A stretch of 64,000 nucleotides of DNA from assembly GCA_964019335.1 (NCBI GenBank), contig OZ025670.1, positions 558,001-622,000 of the forward strand, given 5' to 3'. Shown here piece by piece: positions 57,356 to 64,000 of this stretch. Below the pieces are notes generated by a model. It made no database searches. It was not told the DNA's origin and saw nothing but the letters and a program-made list of their open reading frames with translations. Position 1 is the stretch's first letter, and each line of letters begins with the position of its first letter. The DNA is from Diplonema japonicum. Its lineage: Eukaryota; Protista; Euglenozoa: Diplonemea. The position numbers and the translations under genes were made by a program.

Positions 57356-58748
57356 TGAAGCTATTCTAACTCAACAGCTTCACTCCGCACTGCAGGCTTG
57401 GAGGTCGGAGCATCCTGCTCACAGCACAGCGCTGGATCACGGGATCGAAAAAGGATGGAAGAACATTTTCCTTTTTTTTTCTCTAAAGTTTAAATTCTTT
57501 CATGGAAGAAAACTCCGCCGCCACCTCTTTTTCTTTTTCGTTTTACCCTTTGAAGTTTGCCTCCAAGGTGTATGGGCCAAGTGCTCTGTTGGTTGAAACA
57601 ACGGCGGAATGGACACAGGTCGGCTTGTTCGAGGTTTTGACTTTGCTTCGAAACACTTTCAGAGACTGAAGGGTTTTGCAGAAATAAAATGAATAAGAAC
57701 CCCCCCCCCCCCCCCCCCACCTTCAATCGATTTATCAAATCAATAGTGAAGCAGGAGCAAGAATAAAATTGGACTTTTTTATTTTTCTTTTTTCTTTTCA
57801 TATGATGGCTGGGAGCAGTGATGACAAAACGCGAGGGGGGGGGGGGGGGGGGGAGAAGAATGGAATCTTTTATTTTGTAATCAGACAGCGGTCTGGAAGC
57901 CGTCTTTCTGATGCGTTGTGTGCCTTGCTCCCCTCCTCACCCCCCCCCCCCCCTCTTTTTATGGCTTTGGTTGCTGTTAACGCCTCTCCCGTGTTTCGGG
58001 AGGATTTTTGTTTTCCTTCTTCTTTTCTCCCCCTCTGCTTTCAGATTCCTTCTTGCTCATTGCGCGTACCATTTCTCATTTCCCCCGTCACTGTGTGTGC
58101 ACATAAAAACTTGTTTCGCAGCATTGAAGAAGAGAGACGCTTGAATAAACGACGGTAATTGTGAATATATGCAGTTTGTATTTTTTTTGTTTTTGTTTTT
58201 TATTGGCTGCCCCATTGTGGCAAGAACCATGCGTGCTGGAATTTCGTTCTTTTCTTCTTCTTTTATATTCTAGATAGTGTGATACGTAAAAAAGAGAGGG
58301 GAGAGAGAGGGGAGAAGGAGGGGAAAAAAAAAAAAGAAATGAAAGCGACGAAGAGGGAAAAGAAAAGAAAGTGTTTGACTACGAAAAATAAAGAAAGGCG
58401 AAGAAATTAAATATTCCGCTAGAAATTACGATCATTCCTATACCATTATTATTATTATTATAATTCCCCATGGGGGTAGAAAGGAAACCTTTGACCAACC
58501 ATTGTACCATCACCAGCTCATGGCTAGCTCGCTATTACGGGCTGCAGTTTTTTTCTTCTTCTTTTTTTTTTTTTGCTTGAACAAGAAAAACAATATATTG
58601 ATAATGAATTGTTATTGCTAAAAAGAGTAGTGGTGGCATTGTTGGGCTTATCCTTCTACAGGTTAACCCCGGCTGTGCACAAACAACAATCAACCGACTC
58701 TTTTTTTTCTTTTTTTTTTTTTTTAATCCTGCCGTCCGCGATTCTTTA

Positions 58749-58866
58749 GGATACGGCCATACTCTGGTGAATGCACCCCATCCCGCCTGATTTGGGAAGT
58801 TAAGCACCAGCAGGCCAGGTTAGTACGTGGTGAGTGATCACGTGGGAAGCCCTGGTGCTGTATCCT
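58749..58866 (+). rRNA. 5S rRNA gene copy (solitary; possibly a variant or pseudogene)
   Basis: GGATACGGCCATAC..GAATGCACC..ATCCCG..GAT..GAAGTTAAGC..GGTTAGTAC..GGGAA..GGTGCTGTATCCT. Terminal helix GGATACGGC/GCTGTATCC and helix II CTGGTG/CACCAG. 118 nt, with no downstream oligo(T). Confidence 0.9.
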
Positions 58867-58872
58867 CCAAAA

Positions 58873-59180
58873 GGTGGTGGGGATAACATGAAAATATTAA
58901 GAAAAACATCAGATGTGTTGTTCGCTGCTGACCTCCTCGTCGGTGATCACCGGAAGCGCCCGAGTGGAAGAACGTAACGCAGATGCTCTGGGTGACGAAC
59001 AGGCAGCAAACTGCACGAGCGCAGAATCTTGGTTACCCGGGACGCCCCGGCTGGGGTTGAGCTGTACACCGCACGCATTAAGGACACGACGCGGAACGCA
59101 GAAGAAGCTACAACTCGGCCGCGGTGCGCCCCCTGTAATCAAGTAGACAGTTCTTGTGCAGGGCGCCGCCAACACCGGCC
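58873..59180 (-). mobile_element. short non-autonomous retroposon (ingi/RIME-like), copy 3
   Basis: Colinear with 30920-31216. Minus-strand 3' end cagcgaac..catctgat..ttaatattttca..ttatccccaccacc recalls the trypanosome ingi/RIME 3' end (from memory). Confidence 0.8.
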
Positions 59181-59531
59181 TCCTTTAACTCATATATATA
59201 TATATTTTTTTTTTTGCTTACGCTACATATCTCTAAAACCGTGCAGGCCAAGATTGCGGGAACGGATTCATATTGCTTCTGTTCTTGATGGGAGTTTTCC
59301 TTTTTAAAAGAAAGGGTGTTTTCTGAAAACGGGTTTTAGAGATATGGGCGGCCTTTTTGTTTTTTTTTTGTCCCATTCTACTCCTTCCCTTTGAGTGCCG
59401 TGGGTACGAGGGAAAGCAGCAAATCTGCAAGCAACAAATAAATTACCACCCCCCCCTTTTTTTTGTTCTCTGCTCTGTTTTGGATTCTTCTCTTTTTTTA
59501 ACAATCAACACTCAGGAGGTAGGAAGACAAC

Positions 59532-62402
59532 ATGTTGCGCGCAAGGGGGGCTATCAATGGGCTGAGGTTCGCCAGCTCAGGTGTGGTCGGGATCAGAAGA
59601 GAGGACAAGAACGAGTGGGAGCGTCGGGTGCCACTGACACCAGACCACGTCAAGAAGCTTGTGGGTGAGGGTGTCAAGGTACTGGTGCAGCCATCGAGCA
59701 TCCGTGCCTTCAGTGACGAGGAGTACTCCGAGGCTGGCGCCGTCATCAAGGAGGACCTGTCTGAGGCGAAGACGATCCTTGCTGTGAAGGAGGTGCCTGT
59801 GTCCCTCCTCATCCCAGACACCACCTACATGATGTTCAGCCACACGCACAAGGCGCAGACCTACAACATGCCCCTTCTCGATGCTGTACTCAACAAGAAC
59901 ATTCGCCTCATCGACTTCGAGAGGATCGCAGGTGCCGAGGGCCGTGTTGTCAAGTTCGGTCCCTTCGCAGGTTTCGCGGGCATGATCGACACCCTCCACG
60001 CCCTCGGCCTCGCCCTTCTCGCCAAGAGCTTCGCCACGCCCTTCCTCCACATCTCCCACGCAAAGGAGTACCGCAGCCTCGACACCGCACGCGAGGACCT
60101 CATCGAACTTGGCAACTTTATCCGTAAAAGAGGCCTCCCCCGCGAGATCGGTCCCCTTACCTTCGTCGTCACTGGGACCGGCTCCGTCAGCCAAGCAGCA
60201 CAGCAGATCCTCCACCATCTGCCTTGCCAGTACATCGAGGCAAGCGAGCTGAAAAACTTGTGCGAAAAGGACTCCTTCGACAACAAGACTGTCTACGTTA
60301 CTATCGTGGGCTCCAAGGACATGGTGGCCCCCAAGGACCCCAGTAAGAAGTTTGACAAAGCTGAGTACTACAAGAACCCCGAGAACTTCGTGCCCACCTT
60401 CCACGAGCAGGTGGCGCCCTATGCAAAGGTCATCGTGAACGGCATGTACTGGGAGGAGAAGTTCCCGCGTCTCTTGACCGTCGAGCAGACCCGTGCCCTC
60501 TCGAAGGAGAACAGGTTGCCCACCCTTGTTGTCGGTGAGATCACGTGCGACCCATATGGCAGCATTGAGTTCTTCACGAAGTCCACTAGCATCGCGCACC
60601 CCCTGTACTGCTACGATGTTGCGAATGACGAGGCGATGGACATGGAGAAGTTCAAGGGCCAGGGGCCCCTCATTGTGGGTGTCGACCACCTGCCTGCTGA
60701 GTTCCCTGTCGAGTCTTCGCAGTTCTTCGGTGACCCGCTTGTGTCACTTGTCTCCAAGGTCGCTAAGTCCGATATGACCGCGTCGCTCGAGCAGATGCAG
60801 AGTGACCTCCCTGTGGAGGTCTACAATGGCATCATCGCAGCACACGGTGCGCTCACGCCGGACTACGAGTACATCACTGCTCTTAGGGCTGCCCGTGACG
60901 AGGAGAAATTGAACAAAGACAACCGCAACATCCTGTTCCTGGGTGCGGGCATGGTGAGCGGGCCTGCCGTTGAGTACCTTCTGAAGGACCACAGGAACTC
61001 CGTTACTTTGGCCGACGTGGACGTGGCTGCTGCTGAAGCCATCCTGGATGAGTACGCCGGTGACGCCGCCCACGCGGGCAGAGATGTGTCGGGCAGGGTG
61101 CAGGCGGCACGCGCCGTACCTTTGGACGTAAGCGACAAGACCCAGCTTGTGACACTCGTGAAGCAGGCCGATGTCGTGATCTCGCTCGTGCCATGGATGA
61201 TGCACCCGGAAGTGATGGATATCTGCATCGACGCTGGTGTTCCGTGTGTGACTGCGTCCTACGTGAGCCCTGGCATTGAGGCCTTGAACGACAAGGCAAA
61301 GGCTGCTGGCGTGACCTTGCTGAACGAGATGGGCCTTGACCCTGGTATCGACATCATGTCCACGATGCACATGCTGAAGAAGATCCGCAGCAACGGTGGT
61401 ATTGTGAAGTCCTACGAGAGCTACTGCGGTGCCCTTCCCGAGCCCGAATCAGCCAACAATTGCCTGGGTTACAAGTTCAGCTGGAGCCCCAAGGGCGTAT
61501 TGATCGCTGCCCAGCGCCCATGCACGTTCTTGTGGAAGGACAAGGTCATCGACTTGGAGGGGTCCAGGCTGTATGACATTGCGCAGCCGTTCACGCCCTT
61601 CAGGGGGCTGCACATGGAATGGGTGCCCAATGGCAACGCGCTGGGCTACAAGGACACCTACAGCCTGAACGAGGCGCACACTGTGGTGCGTGCGACGTTG
61701 AGGTACCAGGGGTTCTCCACCGTGGCGAAGGCGATGCGTGAGCTGGGCATCTTGGACCACAACGACACGCACGAGGCACTCATGTCGAACAATGACACAC
61801 ACGCCTCGTGGCCGTCCATCCTGTCGAGCATGAGCAAGACAGACATGGAGGCACTGGCGCAGACTCTTGCTAACAAGTTCAAGGGCATCAGGGATAACCT
61901 CAACGCGGCAGAGGATGTGAAGGAGTTCTTTGACTACAAGACGATGAAGCCCATCGAAGAAGAGGTGAGCCAGAGCATGAGCGGGCTGAAGGAGTTGAAT
62001 CTTCTTGACGACTCGCACATCGCACCGAAGGTGAAGAGCGGTGCTGTGATCGATGCGTTGGCCGCCACGCTGAGCAAGGGGCTTGTGTTCGAGGCACATG
62101 AGAACGACTTCGTGTTGATGTTCAACCGCATCATTGCCGAGTACCCCCATGAGGGGACCACGGTCACACACGTTGCGTCGCTTGCTGAGAGGGGCACCTC
62201 CCGCATGTCTGGTACTGCGAAGACTGTAGGCCTGCCTGTTGGTATTGGCGCGCAGCTTGTGCTGGACGGCGTCATCACACAGCCCGGCATCGTGCGCCCC
62301 ATCACGGAGGACGTTTACTCGCCCGTGCTCCGTGAGCTGTCCCGTCTGGGAGTCCGCATGAACGAGACGCAGACGGTGCAGCCGACTGCGAAGTCTGCTT
62401 AG
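59532..62402 (+). CDS. AASS: alpha-aminoadipic semialdehyde synthase (bifunctional LKR/SDH), mitochondrial
   Basis: IRREDKNEWERRVPLTP, FSHTHKAQTYNMPLLD, VDHLPAEFP, LGAGMVSGP, EMGLDPGIDIM, YCGALP, YKFSWSPKG, KTVGLP. Intronless. Confidence 0.97.
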   Translation: MLRARGAINGLRFASSGVVGIRREDKNEWERRVPLTPDHVKKLVGEGVKVLVQPSSIRAFSDEEYSEAGAVIKEDLSEAKTILAVKEVPVSLLIPDTTYMMFSHTHKAQTYNMPLLDAVLNKNIRLIDFERIAGAEGRVVKFGPFAGFAGMIDTLHALGLALLAKSFATPFLHISHAKEYRSLDTAREDLIELGNFIRKRGLPREIGPLTFVVTGTGSVSQAAQQILHHLPCQYIEASELKNLCEKDSFDNKTVYVTIVGSKDMVAPKDPSKKFDKAEYYKNPENFVPTFHEQVAPYAKVIVNGMYWEEKFPRLLTVEQTRALSKENRLPTLVVGEITCDPYGSIEFFTKSTSIAHPLYCYDVANDEAMDMEKFKGQGPLIVGVDHLPAEFPVESSQFFGDPLVSLVSKVAKSDMTASLEQMQSDLPVEVYNGIIAAHGALTPDYEYITALRAARDEEKLNKDNRNILFLGAGMVSGPAVEYLLKDHRNSVTLADVDVAAAEAILDEYAGDAAHAGRDVSGRVQAARAVPLDVSDKTQLVTLVKQADVVISLVPWMMHPEVMDICIDAGVPCVTASYVSPGIEALNDKAKAAGVTLLNEMGLDPGIDIMSTMHMLKKIRSNGGIVKSYESYCGALPEPESANNCLGYKFSWSPKGVLIAAQRPCTFLWKDKVIDLEGSRLYDIAQPFTPFRGLHMEWVPNGNALGYKDTYSLNEAHTVVRATLRYQGFSTVAKAMRELGILDHNDTHEALMSNNDTHASWPSILSSMSKTDMEALAQTLANKFKGIRDNLNAAEDVKEFFDYKTMKPIEEEVSQSMSGLKELNLLDDSHIAPKVKSGAVIDALAATLSKGLVFEAHENDFVLMFNRIIAEYPHEGTTVTHVASLAERGTSRMSGTAKTVGLPVGIGAQLVLDGVITQPGIVRPITEDVYSPVLRELSRLGVRMNETQTVQPTAKSA

Positions 62403-63429
62403 AAGGTAGACAGACAGAGAATCAAGAAGAATACAAAACGTGATACAGATAAGTTCACATCCTGCAGGACCTCTTGCAGTAGGATGCTTAGCTGTGGGAA
62501 CCCCCCCCCTCCCCTTTTTTTTATAAATCATGGCTTGCATAAACGTTATGGTCACTGCTTTTTTTTTGTTTCCTTTTTTTTCCTTCTTTCTCCGCTCCCC
62601 TTCTGTCAGGTGCTAAACAGACCCCCCCCCCGTTTTTGTTTCAATCTTTTATTTTTCTTTATTTCAGCCCCTTTTTTTAAAAGTTTTTTTTTGAAGCCCT
62701 TCCATCGTGGTGTCCTGCACCTCTTGACGTGTGTCATGGTGCCGCTTTTTTTTTTTGGCGTGCCTTCGCACACAGTTCTTCGTTCTTTTGAGAGATATTT
62801 GTTTGTGGAAAAAGAATTAGATGGTATGATCGCATTAGAAAAGGAAGAACATTATTGTTAAAAAGGGCGGATGTTACGTTCTAAGGGGATTTTTTTTTAT
62901 AGTGTGTGATTGTTGTTTTTTTTTCTTTTTCTTTTCTTTTCTTTTCTTTTCTTTTTTCCCATTATCCTTCTTTAGGTACGATGGTAGCACCCGTACTTCT
63001 TTTCTTTTCTTTTCTTTTTTTTTAAATACGGTGTGCACCCCCAGCATACTGAAGGTCCTCGTGTTTTCTATTTCTTAACAACAGAACGTATCCACATTCT
63101 CTTTATAAGTCAGATATACAAAAAATGAGAAGGTGAATCAAAAAGAAGAAACTGAAACGTCCCTCCCTCTCCTCCTGCACACCACTGAAAAAAGAATGAA
63201 TATAAACAATAACAAAGAAAGCTTTTAAAAAGAATGCAATAAAAATAACCCCCCCCCATCCTCGATGAAGATGATGCCCATGGAATTTATGGCCTTCTCC
63301 CCCTTCTTTTTTTTACGCAGTTTTTTATTATTATCTTCCGGCCACAGGGTGTTTTATTTTTTTCAATTTTTCATTCTCCCCCCCCCCCCCCCCCCCAGCC
63401 ATTTTCCCATTATCACCACCATCACAGGA

Positions 63430-64000
63430 ATGCGTGTGGAGGATGTCAAGCAGGGTTCATCTAGGTACACAGGAGAGCTAGTGAACAGCGTGCGGGATGG
63501 AAGGGGTGCAATGACGTATTCCAACGGTGAGGTGTACGTGGGGGAGTGGCGAGGCGGACGGCGCCAGGGGCGTGGGGTGTACTACTACGCAGACGGCACG
63601 ATCTACGATGGGACATGGGCCGACGATAAGGCCAGCGGTGAAGGGATGTGCCGCTACCCTACTGGGAACATATACAAAGGTTCATGGCTGACAGGCAGAG
63701 TCAGCGGTAAGGGCGCCATGTACTACAACGATGGCGATGCCTACGACGGCGAGTGGAAGGACGGCCGCCTGCACGGCCACGGACGTTTCTACAACAGAAA
63801 CGGGGACGTGCACCAAGGCAAATGGTTCGAAGACCAGATCCTTGAGAACGGCTCGTCACCCGTCAACTCTGTCGTCTCGGAGAGGTCCCCCCGCTCCGTC
63901 AAGAGCGAGCTCGGGAGGCAGAAGCTTGCAATAGTTCAGCAGGCCGCCTTTCTCGACAACGAGCTTGCTCTTCTCGCGGCGCCCGTCACTCTCCACAACC
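63430..64000 (+). CDS. MORN-repeat protein, 3'-truncated by the window edge
   Basis: ATG after atcacag. Repeats YxGxW....xG.G...Y.xG (YVGEWRGGRRQGRG, YDGTWADDKASGEG, YDGEWKDGRLHGHG). Confidence 0.9.
   Translation, partial: MRVEDVKQGSSRYTGELVNSVRDGRGAMTYSNGEVYVGEWRGGRRQGRGVYYYADGTIYDGTWADDKASGEGMCRYPTGNIYKGSWLTGRVSGKGAMYYNDGDAYDGEWKDGRLHGHGRFYNRNGDVHQGKWFEDQILENGSSPVNSVVSERSPRSVKSELGRQKLAIVQQAAFLDNELALLAAPVTLHN

Noticed and set aside
59100-59180. HDV-like ribozyme or ingi 79-bp signature at the retroposon 5' end
   Set aside because: Could not fit the P1/P2/P3/P1.1 nested pseudoknot; only a simple hairpin is supported.
58873-59180. 7SL/SRP RNA (300 nt, starts GCCGG, T-run after copies 2 and 3 on the minus strand)
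   Set aside because: No conserved helix-8 CAGG..GNRA..AGCAG motif, and the copies are diverged or deleted.
59577-62555. Long minus-strand ORFs (370 aa, 208 aa, 368 aa) opposite AASS, and similar ones opposite SPB1 and other genes
   Set aside because: Antisense shadows of GC3-rich coding sequence; no motifs.

Overview
Eukaryotic nuclear DNA, almost certainly a euglenozoan and most plausibly a diplonemid. Support: cytochrome c1 has the single-Cys FAPCH heme motif, there is a paraflagellar-rod-family protein and a VP39-like cap methyltransferase, and frequent canonical introns argue against a trypanosomatid. About 29 protein genes lie head-to-tail on the + strand, often under 100 nt apart. Many are split by tiny GT-AG introns (47 reconstructed by hand, 31-64 nt, mostly with GTATG donors), so the raw ORF track fragments them. 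Recognisable products: class II HDAC, VAP-like, PFR-like, cytosolic carboxypeptidase, NEK kinase, SPB1, GIGYF-like, BTB-SPRY, LPAAT, cap 2'-O-MTase, a CID/zinc-finger protein, two tandem cytochrome c1 genes, RAD17, DUF2071-like, MSH5, NDUFA12-like, a CCCH protein, a CBM42-GT31 fusion, AASS and a MORN protein. Non-coding features: tRNA-Gly(GCC) and a ~100-bp foldback inside a 9.4-kb homopolymer-rich gap, three antisense copies of a short ingi/RIME-like retroposon, a LINE-like relic, and a solitary 5S rRNA copy that lacks a terminator and abuts one retroposon copy. The best leads are the 5S/retroposon unit, the short retroposon family, the mini-intron system and a candidate augmin (HAUS5) subunit. 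All homology calls are from motif recognition by eye; no searches were run.
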